From assembly GCA_045805265.1 (NCBI GenBank), contig JBJMLO010000008.1, positions 128,846-192,845 on the forward strand: 64,000 nucleotides of DNA, given 5' to 3'. A program made the position numbers and the translations under genes. This document shows, piece after piece, positions 34,999 through 43,970 of the stretch; the first letter of the stretch is position 1, and every line of letters starts with the position of its first letter. Source of the DNA: Actinomycetota bacterium. Lineage in GTDB: Bacteria; Actinomycetota; UBA4738; JACQTL01. A model generated the notes under the pieces. That model was given only the letters and a program-made list of their open reading frames with translations. It was not told the origin of the DNA and made no database searches.

Positions 34999-35507
34999 GG
35001 TCCCGCGCGCCGTGGGCGGCGTTCCTCGGAGCGTTCTGGCCGTTCGTCCTGGGCAGCATCCTCGTGGCCGGCGGCCTGGCCGCCATCGTGATCGGGTACC
35101 TGGGCGTGTCCGGGACCGTGTACGTCCCGCTCCAGATGCCGTATCTGGTGAGCGGCGCGGTGCTCGGGCTGGCGCTCGTGATCGTTGGAACCGCGCTGTT
35201 CGTCGTGCAGGTCCTGACCCGCCAGACCCGGCTGCTCCGCCGCCTGCTCTCGGAGGTCGAGGCGCCGCCCCAGCCGGCCCTTCCCGCCGAGTCGACGGCG
35301 GCCACCGAGAAGCTTCACCCCGACGGCGACGGCGCCGCGGTCAACGGCAGCAGCGTGTTCGCCGTGCGCGGAGGCCGGTGGTTCCACCGCCAGGGGTGCA
35401 TCCTGCTCGAGGGCAAATCGTCCCGCGCCATGGCCCCCCGCGAGGCCGAGGACCTCGGGCTCGCGCCGTGCCGGCTGTGCGACCCGGTGGTTCCGGCCGG
35501 AACGTAA
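34995..35507 (+). CDS. Small two-TM protein with a C-terminal metal-binding motif
   Basis: Two TM helices; FHRQGC..GLAPCRLCDP (Ada-like His/Cys pattern); ATGA overlap. Confidence 0.7.
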   Translation: MRSRAPWAAFLGAFWPFVLGSILVAGGLAAIVIGYLGVSGTVYVPLQMPYLVSGAVLGLALVIVGTALFVVQVLTRQTRLLRRLLSEVEAPPQPALPAESTAATEKLHPDGDGAAVNGSSVFAVRGGRWFHRQGCILLEGKSSRAMAPREAEDLGLAPCRLCDPVVPAGT

Positions 35508-35535
35508 GGCCGTCTGTAGACTGAAATCCCGCCGA

Positions 35536-35611
35536 GGTCCCATCGTCTAGTGGCCTAGGACACCACCCTCTCAAGGTGGAGACACGGGTTCAAATCCCGT
35601 TGGGACTACCA
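35536..35611 (+). tRNA. tRNA-Glu (anticodon CTC)
   Basis: Acceptor stem GGTCCCA/TGGGACT; D-loop AGTGGCCTA; anticodon arm CCACC-CTCTCAA-GGTGG; T-arm GGTTCAAATCC; encoded CCA. TAGACT -10 at 35517-35522. Confidence 0.97.
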
Positions 35612-35626
35612 GAGAGAACATGCGGG

Positions 35627-35845
35627 TCAGGCCGGGTTTCCTGCTCCCCGCGCTCGCGATCTCATGTCGTTGATCCCGTCCTCGTCCCGACCCGGTCCCG
35701 TGGACGACACGGGACGGAGCCTCTTCGACTCCTTGGTGCTGCGCCTCCGCATGGTTCCGAGCTTCTGCCCGATCTCGCGGTCGAGGCCCTCGAAGAGACT
35801 GACGTAGTGCTGCTCAACCATGCGTGTCGACGTGTGGCCGAGTCG
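35627..35845 (-). pseudogene. Tyrosine recombinase/integrase C-terminal remnant
   Basis: In-frame RLGHTSTRMVEQHY resembles box II (LGH...Y). An in-frame TAG lies a few codons upstream. The fragment points at the tRNA 3' end. Confidence 0.6.
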
Positions 35846-36107
35846 GGCGCCCCAAAGCCGCTACAAGCCATCGTCGCTGCGATAGCTGCCGGGACCGTCT
35901 CCCTGCGCTGGCTCGCTCAGATGCCCGGTACTCCTCGGGACGGTGCCGCGTGGCCGCATACCGCGCCATGGCCGCCTGAGCGCGAGACCCGCAGCCGCGT
36001 CCCTTGGTCGTGCTGCGCGGGTTCGGCGACCTCCGTCGGTGCGGGCCTTGACTTGCTGAGACGAGTTGCCGCAGTGTTCGTACACCATCGAGGGAGGAGG
36101 GGGAATC

Positions 36108-36845
36108 ATGCGTTCTCGCATCAAGATCGCCAGTGTTGCAGCCGTGGCCGTCCTCGTCGCAGCCGCCATGTTTCACGAGTCACGGAGAGCGGATGCCACA
36201 CAGAATCAGCCAGTCGTGGCGGGGCAAATTAACACCGAGCTGGGGGCAACCTCGATTTGCTGGATGGCGGGCGGTGCTACGTGCACCATCGACAACACGG
36301 GATTCTTTGTGCGGACTGACCTGGCGAACGTGGGTGTGATGGGCAGGACAGATACCTTGAACGGCATCGGTGTCGACGGCGAGTCCGGCAAGACCGGGGC
36401 AACGGGGGTCTATGGGAATGGCACCTACGCCGTACACGGTAAGAGTTTCGACGGCTGGGGCGTATGGGGGGAAGGCCTTGACCGGGGCGTGTACGGGATC
36501 AGCGACAACGAGGGCGTCGTCGGGTTCGGCAACAACGTCGGGATCCGAGCCGAGAGCCCGAACATAGCCCTGCGCGTGAAGGGCAAGGCCGAGTTCAGCC
36601 GCAGTGGAAAGGTGACCATCTCCTACCCGAACAAGCAGGCCACAGTGACCGGCGTCCCGGTCACGGCCAAGAGCCTGGCCTTCGCCACGCTGCAGCAGTT
36701 CCTGGCCGGACGGTACGTGCTGGCGGCCGTCCCCAACCTCGGCGGATCCAGCAACTCGTTCACCATCTACTTGAACAAGGCCCCCGGGTCGAGTTCTGCC
36801 CCCAAGAGCGTGGTTGTGGGCTGGCACGTCATCGAAAGGCCCTAG
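36108..36845 (+). CDS. Secreted protein with GVxG beta-repeats and a C-terminal beta-sandwich
   Basis: GGAGGAGG RBS; signal peptide; GVMG/GVDG/GVYG/GVWG/GVVG repeats; FSRSGKVTI..ATLQQ..FTIYLNKA..VGWHVI. Confidence 0.75.
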   Translation: MRSRIKIASVAAVAVLVAAAMFHESRRADATQNQPVVAGQINTELGATSICWMAGGATCTIDNTGFFVRTDLANVGVMGRTDTLNGIGVDGESGKTGATGVYGNGTYAVHGKSFDGWGVWGEGLDRGVYGISDNEGVVGFGNNVGIRAESPNIALRVKGKAEFSRSGKVTISYPNKQATVTGVPVTAKSLAFATLQQFLAGRYVLAAVPNLGGSSNSFTIYLNKAPGSSSAPKSVVVGWHVIERP

Positions 36846-37065
36846 CCCTGGGGTGGTCTTGAAGTCTCGGTTCGCAAACCGCCTGCTCACGGCCCGCCCG
36901 TCCAAATCGTCTTGGGCGACTCCGGCGTGCGGACGATCGGCAGGGGGGCCCTAAGCAAGGAGGCTCGCGGGCCTACCTGGCGTGCGGCGAGTGTAACCGG
37001 ACCGGAGTAGCGCGGACGAGGAGTGTGGTCGGTGGGCCGCGATCGTGCTTACACCGCGCGCAGTC

Positions 37066-37347
37066 TCAGCATGGTGAGGATAGATCCTCGAAGACTCCAA
37101 AATCGCGGGACTCGACATTCTTCATATTCTGGTCGGCCTTGATCGCGTTGAAGACCTCGCCCTTGATGTAGCGCTCGTAGGCCTCCTGATCGGCCCACAG
37201 GTACAGACCTCCGTACGTGTTCGTCTCCGGGTCCCGGAGCAGGGGCTCTCGGGAGACCTGCTCGACGAACGGCCGGATGACTGCGTATTCGGACCGGGCC
37301 AAGAGGCGCGTGACGGCGATGCTCGCCGCATCCGGAGCGACGTTCAA
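37066..37347 (-). pseudogene. YdhR-like monooxygenase fragment, probably truncated
   Basis: DPETNTYGGLYLWADQEAYERY..RDFGVFEDLS matches the C-terminal half; the N-terminal part is not recognisable and the start is a weak TTG. Confidence 0.5.
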
Positions 37348-37389
37348 GAGAGTCTCGACCGCCGGACGTAGCTGAAGAGCTGTTCGCGT

Positions 37390-37611
37390 TTACTTGTCGT
37401 ACGCAGACGGCGACGATCCCGAGTTCTGTCCAGACGTCGCCTCCGACCGCCACCAGTCGGCGCCGGCCATCATCTCGCGAACTTGACTGTCGGTGAGGTC
37501 GGGATGAGCCTCGGCGGTATGCGCCTTGATACGTTCAAAAAGCTCCTCGTCGTCGGCCGCGGTGAAATCGATCCGGTCGTGCGATGGGTCTACGCAGTGG
37601 AATCCACGCAT
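37390..37611 (-). CDS. Small DUF1059-like metal-binding protein
   Basis: ATG 37611 with AAGGAGGAG RBS. FHC..FTAADDEEL..IKAHTAEAHP. Confidence 0.65.
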   Translation of the reverse strand: MRGFHCVDPSHDRIDFTAADDEELFERIKAHTAEAHPDLTDSQVREMMAGADWWRSEATSGQNSGSSPSAYDK

Positions 37612-37750
37612 CGCTCCTCCTTCCCGCGGTCTTGACGGGCCCATTGCCCGGACCGCATCGGTGAGAAGGACGATAAGGGTGCGGCCGGCTCGTATCATGA
37701 GGGAGCTCCCTCAGATCCGGTTGGAACGAGATGCACGTAGTGTGGCGGGC

Positions 37751-40543
37751 ATGGCCGAGTTCTTCGGGCGCCCGCACGAGCTCGAACTGGTTCGCGGAGC
37801 TTTGGCTCGGGCGCGCCGGGAGCGGCGCCCGACCGCCGTGGTTGTGGACGGCGAGCCCGGAGTCGGCAAGAGCAGGCTGATCGACGAGGCCTCAAGCATT
37901 GTTCGGGGGGATCGGGTTGCGGTCTCCGCGTACGAGCCGGAGATGAGCCTGCCCTTCTCCCTCGGCCACGACCTGACCCGTGCGCTCGCGCACTCCTCGC
38001 GCGCGGCTGGGCAGATCCTGGGCCCGATGCTCGCGCCGCAGCCGGGCGGTCAGCGGCCCGACTGGTCGTCCGTGTTCGAGGCGGCTCATCGCGCGGCCGG
38101 CGTCGGCGACTCACTGCCCATCACGATCGACGACTTCCAATGGTGTGATGAGCGATCCACGGCGCTCATCCACTACCTGGTGCGCGGGGCCCAGGCCGAT
38201 GGTGATCCTCTGGCGCTCGTCGTTGGCGGTCGGCGGTCAACGCGCGTGAGCGCGCTCGTCACGTCATTGCAGCGACTACTCGGCGACTGTTTGACGCGGG
38301 TGACGCTCGGACCACTGGACCATCACTCGACAGTGGCGCTCGCGATCGCGGTGAACCCGGAGTTGGATCCTCGGGCCGCAGCGGCGGTCGCCGACCGGTC
38401 CGGCGGCTCTCCTTTCTGGTGCGAGCTCCTCGCCGGGACCCGGAACGTCGACGCTGATGTCAAGCGCATCGTCACCGACCGGCTCTCGACGGCGGGCACC
38501 GATGCGGCGGTACTCCTGGAAACGATCGCGGTGCTCGGGCGGCAGGCGCCGGTCGAGGATCTCATCGCCATCCGAGGCTGGCCGGAGGATCGGCTCACGG
38601 CGGCGCGGGTGGAGCTGGTGACGGCAGGCTTGGGCGTGGAGGAGGGAGCCGCATTCCGGATAGTCCACGATCTCGTGAGAGCAGCCGTGGAGAAAGATCT
38701 CCCCGACGAACGGCGCCGTGACATCCACGCTCGGGTCGCGTCTTGGCTGGAGAGCATCGCCGGCGAGAACGTGACGCTGCTGCTGCGGGCGTCGGAAGCC
38801 AAGAATCGAGCGGGGCTGGACCACCTGCCACTCACCCTCCGGATCGTACGGTCACCGATGCGCAGGCTGGTGGACCTCGAGGGGCTACGGTCGATCGCCG
38901 CTCTCATCGACTCGGTGCCGGCCGGCACGCCGCAGGAGCGCGAGCTGCAAACCGAACTCGCATCCTTGGCCGCGGAGCTCGGTCAGCACGGGCTTGCGAT
39001 GGAGCGTTGGGCACGCATCGCTGACAGGCTGGATGAGCCGCGTGATCGCGCGCGCGCCTGGCTGGGTGCATCCGAGGCGGCACAGCAGCTCGAGAGGGCC
39101 GATGATGCACGCGCACACCTCGAGCGCGCGCGGGGTGCCGGCAGCGACGACCCGGTTTTACTCCTGGAGCTTCAGGCTGCGGACGCAGCGATCACACGGT
39201 GGCTCGAGCATCGCCCGCAGGAAGCGGGGAGCGCGACGATCGCCGCCCTCGGACGCGCCCGCGCGTTGGCCGCTTCGACCGGCGCGAGGGAGGCGCTGGA
39301 ACCACGCCTCCAGAGCGCGTACCAACGCACTCTCGTGCTCGCCTGCGTAGACGCAATGCAGGCGAACGAGCCGGAGAACATTCTGCCCCTGACAGAGGAG
39401 ATGACACGGGTTGCAGCCGGCGCCGGCATCGAGGCATCGCTGCAGGCGAGCCTCCGGCGTGGCTCGGCTCTCACGCTCCTGGGCCGCCTCGCCGAAGCCG
39501 AGGGGCGGCTTGGACCGGCGTGGCTGGAGGCGCGCCGTGCGTCTCTTCCGGGGATCGCTCTGGACATCGGGGTGTGGCTCGCCCAAACGAGGTACATCGC
39601 CGGCCGCCTTATCGAGGCACAGGAGGTGGCCGACGAATGTGAGGCGCTTGCGGAGCGCATCGGCGAATATTCTCGGCAGGCCATGCTCGCGAGGATGTGG
39701 CGGCTGATCATCACGATCTCCGCCGGCGACCAAGACGCCGCACTCGCCGGCCTCCGGGCGCTGTGCGAGAGCGAACGGGATCCTCATCATCGCATCCCCC
39801 TCCATCAGGCCATCGCGCGCTGGCGGTCACGGCTCAACGGAGCCGCGAGCGCCGACGAGGTGCATGCGCGGATCGCCAGCGGCCGGGGGGACATGGAGGA
39901 CGCGCGATGCACCCGATGCGGCCTCGAGTTCATCAGAGCGGCCACCGAATCGCTGGCGCGCATCGGCGCCGTTGCCGAGGCTGTGCGCTGGTTCAAAGAG
40001 GCGGAGCACGCGCCGCCGCGGGGCGACCTTCAAGCGTGGGACCATCTGCGAGCCCGATCGACCCTGGCCGCAGCAGGGCACGGGGATCATGCCTCGCTTG
40101 AAGAAGCCGTCGACATGGCGGACAGACTGGGGATGGGCATCGAATCGATCTGGGCGCGCACGAGCCTCGCGCGCGTGAAGGCGGTCGAGGGCGACACGGC
40201 CGGAGCGGAGACGGTCCTGCGGCTCGCCTCGGCGACCGCCGAGGAAAGGGGAGCCGCGACAGAGCGAGCTCATATCGACCAGCTCCTGCGCCAACTGGGC
40301 GTCCGCACCTGGCGACGCAGGTCGCGCGTACGAGCGACCGGTGATCTCTCCGTCCTGAGTGACCGCGAGCGCGAGATCGCGAACCTCATCACGGGTGGCG
40401 CCAGCAACCCGGATATCGCGCGCACGCTGTTCCTGTCGCGCAAGACGGTGGAGAGACACGTCTCGAGCATCCTGGCGAAGCTTGAAGTAAGGAATCGTGC
40501 CCAGCTTGCGGCCAGGATGGCAACCAGCGATCGGCCCCGCTAG
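37751..40543 (+). CDS. STAND-type AAA ATPase with a C-terminal LuxR HTH (MalT/LAL-like regulator)
   Basis: FFGRPHEL; GEPGVGKSRL; IDDFQWCD; SGGSPF; LSDREREIA..GASNPDIARTLFLSRKTVERHVSSILAKL. Confidence 0.9.
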   Translation: MAEFFGRPHELELVRGALARARRERRPTAVVVDGEPGVGKSRLIDEASSIVRGDRVAVSAYEPEMSLPFSLGHDLTRALAHSSRAAGQILGPMLAPQPGGQRPDWSSVFEAAHRAAGVGDSLPITIDDFQWCDERSTALIHYLVRGAQADGDPLALVVGGRRSTRVSALVTSLQRLLGDCLTRVTLGPLDHHSTVALAIAVNPELDPRAAAAVADRSGGSPFWCELLAGTRNVDADVKRIVTDRLSTAGTDAAVLLETIAVLGRQAPVEDLIAIRGWPEDRLTAARVELVTAGLGVEEGAAFRIVHDLVRAAVEKDLPDERRRDIHARVASWLESIAGENVTLLLRASEAKNRAGLDHLPLTLRIVRSPMRRLVDLEGLRSIAALIDSVPAGTPQERELQTELASLAAELGQHGLAMERWARIADRLDEPRDRARAWLGASEAAQQLERADDARAHLERARGAGSDDPVLLLELQAADAAITRWLEHRPQEAGSATIAALGRARALAASTGAREALEPRLQSAYQRTLVLACVDAMQANEPENILPLTEEMTRVAAGAGIEASLQASLRRGSALTLLGRLAEAEGRLGPAWLEARRASLPGIALDIGVWLAQTRYIAGRLIEAQEVADECEALAERIGEYSRQAMLARMWRLIITISAGDQDAALAGLRALCESERDPHHRIPLHQAIARWRSRLNGAASADEVHARIASGRGDMEDARCTRCGLEFIRAATESLARIGAVAEAVRWFKEAEHAPPRGDLQAWDHLRARSTLAAAGHGDHASLEEAVDMADRLGMGIESIWARTSLARVKAVEGDTAGAETVLRLASATAEERGAATERAHIDQLLRQLGVRTWRRRSRVRATGDLSVLSDREREIANLITGGASNPDIARTLFLSRKTVERHVSSILAKLEVRNRAQLAARMATSDRPR

Positions 40544-40836
40544 CGGCGCGCGGCCGCGGCGACACGACGCGGTGAGCAGTCAGACAACGTCGCGCTACAC
40601 GTCGCTCGTCGTGACGATCGTGGTGTGGCCCTACTCGATATGGTCGCCCTCAGGTCGGCCCGCGATTCGACGGGCCCGGCCGGCCGAGCGCCGGAGGGAG
40701 AGGGCGGCACCGAGGAAACGAGCCTCGTGACGGTCTGCTGCCCGTTCGGCGGCTGTCAGTGCAAGTATCCGTCGGACTCGTCGGGCCGAAAATCCAGGCT
40801 TGAAGTGTGTCGAAGGGATCCAGGAGAGGAGGGACC

Positions 40837-41304
40837 GTGGCCGAGGACCGAGGCAACGTCCGCATGATCGCGACCGGTGAGGGCGAGGAGATCGACTTCC
40901 GCGGAGCGAGGATCATCCGGAAGGTCCGCCAAGAGGAGACCGGCAGTCGGTGGGCCTTCGGCGAGTCATTCAACGAGGCTGGGTTCCACAACACGCCGCA
41001 CGTCCACAGCGAACCGGAGGGCTTCTACGTCCTCGAGGGGGAGTACCGCTTCTACACGGAGGGAGCGACGAGGGCCGCCCCCGCGGGGACGTTCGTGTTC
41101 ATCCCGCCCAACACCCGCCACGGCTTCGTCGCGGGACACGACGGTGGACGCCTGCTCTGTCTGTGGCCGGCCGCCTTCGACGGCTACTTCTGGGACATGC
41201 GGGAGGCGTTCCGAACCCACGGCGAGGACCCCGCAGCGCTCGCGGAGGTTGCCGGGAGTCATGGCATGACATCGTTGCCCGTCCCCGCGGTTCCCGGAGA
41301 GTGA
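40837..41304 (+). CDS. Cupin domain protein
   Basis: PHVHSEPEGFYVLEGE..FVFIPPNTRHGF; GGAGGG RBS. Confidence 0.87.
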   Translation: MAEDRGNVRMIATGEGEEIDFRGARIIRKVRQEETGSRWAFGESFNEAGFHNTPHVHSEPEGFYVLEGEYRFYTEGATRAAPAGTFVFIPPNTRHGFVAGHDGGRLLCLWPAAFDGYFWDMREAFRTHGEDPAALAEVAGSHGMTSLPVPAVPGE

Positions 41305-41358
41305 GTGCCCAACAGAACAGCGCCTCGATTGGAGAACGGTGACCCTGGATGGTGACCG

Positions 41359-41721
41359 CTACAGTGGTGGGGCGACGCCGAAGGCTTCCTGGATCCTTCG
41401 GAGCTCGCGCATCCTCGGCTCGGTGCGGCCGTTGACCCAGCGGTTCACCGTCTTGAGCGACACGCCGACCGCGCGCGCCGCGGCCTCCTGGGACATGCGC
41501 CGGGCCTTGAGGACTCCGCCCAGCCACACGTCGAATCCCGCCGTGCGGGGCGAGGTGCCCGCGCGCTTCATCGTGCCGCCGGAGACCACGTCCATGGACA
41601 CCGATGCGCCCGCGACGTGGAACCGGAGCGAAAGGTCGCCGTCGCGTCCCCGAAGAAGATCTCGGACCCACCGTTCGGTGACCGGGTCGAGTCCAGGCCC
41701 CTTGACTTCGTGTTCTGCCAT
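41359..41721 (-). CDS. XRE-family HTH protein (C-terminal HTH), paralog 1
   Basis: MSQEAAARAVGVSLKTVNRWVNGRTEP. Confidence 0.75.
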   Translation of the reverse strand: MAEHEVKGPGLDPVTERWVRDLLRGRDGDLSLRFHVAGASVSMDVVSGGTMKRAGTSPRTAGFDVWLGGVLKARRMSQEAAARAVGVSLKTVNRWVNGRTEPRMRELRRIQEAFGVAPPL

Positions 41722-41857
41722 GTGGCACCCCCGTACGAGGGGCCAGAGACGACCCCGCATTCCTGTCCACGGAGTGTACGGCAACGAATAGCCTCACGCG
41801 AACCCAACCTCGCAAAAAGGTTCGAGCGGACAGGAAGCGTGCGCAAACGCCGCCGGG

Positions 41858-42271
41858 TCAGGCACGGAACTGCACGTAGCCGCGCATGTTCGACGCCTGG
41901 TGGAAGCGGCAGTAGAACCCGTACTGGCCGGCGGTGGGGACCGTCACGGTGACGGTTCGCGACTGGCCGGGTTCGACGGTGACGTCGACCCCGAGCTCCG
42001 GCGAAGTGAAGGTGTGGGCCTGCACCGACTCGTTGCGCAGCACGACCCTCGCGCTCCGGCCCTGCTCGACGACGATCGCATGGGGCGTGAAGTTGAAGGC
42101 GCGCATGTCGAGCCTGACCTCGCCGCCCCCGCTGGCCACGGCCGGGCGGGAGGTGCGGAACATGTCGCCCACCGCGGTCGCGATCCCGAGGGCCAGCAGG
42201 ATCGCCGCGCCGATTCCCAGGATGCGCGGCAGCCCTCGGCGGGGCTCGTCGTCGCCCCGACCGGCCCTCAC
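41858..42271 (-). CDS. Membrane-anchored cupredoxin domain protein
   Basis: TM helix; FNFTP; AHTFT; FYCRFHQASNMRG (type 1 Cu ligands H, C, H, M); GTGA overlap. Confidence 0.85.
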   Translation of the reverse strand: MRAGRGDDEPRRGLPRILGIGAAILLALGIATAVGDMFRTSRPAVASGGGEVRLDMRAFNFTPHAIVVEQGRSARVVLRNESVQAHTFTSPELGVDVTVEPGQSRTVTVTVPTAGQYGFYCRFHQASNMRGYVQFRA

Positions 42272-42999
42272 GCCGCCTCCGCCTCCCGGCCGAGCTCGAA
42301 GATCCGGAACGGGAGGCGGATCACCGGCTGGGCCACGTTCCGGACGGGGACCCCGCCCGGCGTGACCCCCTGGTCCCGCCCCCGGTGCGCATGGCCGTGC
42401 AGCGCGATGTCCGCGCCCGCCCGGTCCACCGCCTCCGCCAGCAGGTAGCTCCCCAGGAACGCGAAGATCTCCGGCGGCTCGCCGTGCAGGGTGTCCTTCA
42501 CCGGCGAGTAGTGCATCAGCGCCACGCGGTGGTCGGCGCCCGAGATCTCGCCGAGGGCCCGCTCCAGCGCCCCGGCCTCGTCCCTCGCGTACCGGACGAA
42601 CGACTTCATCTCGCGCTCCCCGAAGTCCGTCGCGCTGGCCCCGACGAAGCCGCCGCAGAACCCCTTCACGCCGGCCACCCCCACCGTGCCGCCCGCGTGC
42701 TCGATCGTGTGGCTCTCGCCCTCCAGCACCACGACTCCGACCTCCTCGAGCAGGGCGCGGATCCTGACCTCCTCGTCCGATTCGTGGTCGTGATTGCCGA
42801 GGACGGCGATCACCGGAACCTCGACGCGCGCCAGCTCCCCGGCCAGCACGGCCGCCTCGTCCGCGCGGCCGTGCTGGGTGAGGTCGCCGGCCAGCAGCAG
42901 CACGTCGGCGCATTCCGGAAGGCGCTCGAGGTGCGGGGCCATCAGGCCGGCGGAGTCCAGGCCGTAGTGCACGTCGCCGGCGGCAGCGATGCGGATCAC
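42268..42999 (-). CDS. Metallophosphoesterase (calcineurin-like)
   Basis: GDVH, AGDLT, LGNHD, MHY, HGHAH motifs. Confidence 0.92.
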   Translation of the reverse strand: MIRIAAAGDVHYGLDSAGLMAPHLERLPECADVLLLAGDLTQHGRADEAAVLAGELARVEVPVIAVLGNHDHESDEEVRIRALLEEVGVVVLEGESHTIEHAGGTVGVAGVKGFCGGFVGASATDFGEREMKSFVRYARDEAGALERALGEISGADHRVALMHYSPVKDTLHGEPPEIFAFLGSYLLAEAVDRAGADIALHGHAHRGRDQGVTPGGVPVRNVAQPVIRLPFRIFELGREAEAA

Positions 43000-43262
43000 G
43001 AGACCGTCTCCACGTCGTCGGTCCCGGACAGCGCCGCGACCACCGTGACCTGGTTGTGGATCTCGAGATCGGGGGCGACCTCCCGGACGACCTGCGAGAC
43101 CGCCCGCCGCCGCTCGTCAGTGTGCACGGTCCCCGTGACGAACACATGCCCGCCGCGAAGCTTCACGCCGAGCTCCAGCTCGCCGACCCGGGGGTCGTGG
43201 ACCAGAGCCTCGCGGATGCGCTGGATGAGGTAGTGGGGAGCTTCCTCCGCGGGGCGTTCCAT
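42996..43262 (-). CDS. BON domain protein
   Basis: RIREALVHDPRV..VFVTGTV..IHNQVTV; coupled to both neighbours. Confidence 0.8.
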   Translation of the reverse strand: MERPAEEAPHYLIQRIREALVHDPRVGELELGVKLRGGHVFVTGTVHTDERRRAVSQVVREVAPDLEIHNQVTVVAALSGTDDVETVS

Positions 43263-43891
43263 CACTTGCCTCCTTCGTCGGGTCCGCGTTCTTCCTCGGC
43301 CACGGCGAACAGCGTCCGCACCGCGGTGGCCGGCACCGCGAGGTCCTGGGACTGGGCGTACACCAGCAGGGACAGGACCCGGTGGACGCCGTGGCGGGCT
43401 CGCCGGAGCACATAGTCCCAATCCAGGTCGTGCCGCGCGATGATCGACAGGGCCTCGGCCCAGTAGGTGGGCGTCTGTTCGCCGAACGCCAGCGCCTTCA
43501 TGACGACGGTGTCCTCGGCGGACACCACGGGGACCGCCACGCCCTCGACGTCCCGCTCGACCACCCGCTCGATCATCTCGTCGTCGAGGTAGACGTCGCC
43601 CGCAGCGCGGAAGATGAGGTCGACCCCGACGCCGTCGCGCATCGCCCTGCGCAGCCAGTGCTCGTCGGTGGTCGGCACGGCTTCGAAACCCTCCCCGACC
43701 AGGGCGGCCAGCGCCGCCTCCGCGTCCTGGGGGCGCACCATGAGGTCGACGTCGGCCGAGGCCGGGTCCCACCGGGGCCGGCCCCACACCACCGCGGCCA
43801 GGCCACCGATCGCGCCGAACGGCAGGTCGCGGGCGGCCAGTGCCTTCACCGCACGCTCCAGGGCGTCGACGAACCTCCCGAGGTCGGGCAC
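43262..43891 (-). CDS. Nucleotidyltransferase family protein (pol-beta superfamily), paralog 1
   Basis: GAIGGLAA..DVDLMV..WL..VDLIF..EDTVVMKA. Confidence 0.82.
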   Translation of the reverse strand: MPDLGRFVDALERAVKALAARDLPFGAIGGLAAVVWGRPRWDPASADVDLMVRPQDAEAALAALVGEGFEAVPTTDEHWLRRAMRDGVGVDLIFRAAGDVYLDDEMIERVVERDVEGVAVPVVSAEDTVVMKALAFGEQTPTYWAEALSIIARHDLDWDYVLRRARHGVHRVLSLLVYAQSQDLAVPATAVRTLFAVAEEERGPDEGGK

Positions 43892-43936
43892 AACACACCT
43901 CGTACCCGGGGCGGCCGAGGCCGATACCTGGCGGCC

Positions 43937-43961
43937 GTTTCCACGTGCGAGCCCCGGGTAC
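43937..43961 (+). promoter_or_regulatory. SigB/SigF-type promoter
   Basis: GTTT-N15-GGGTAC, 9 nt before GTG 43971. Confidence 0.65.
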
Positions 43962-43970
43962 CCCCGTTCC

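Noticed and set aside
41860-41874. Sigma-54-like site AGGCACGGAACTGCA on the + strand
   Set aside because: GG-to-GC spacing is 9 nt rather than 10, and it lies antisense within the end of the cupredoxin gene.
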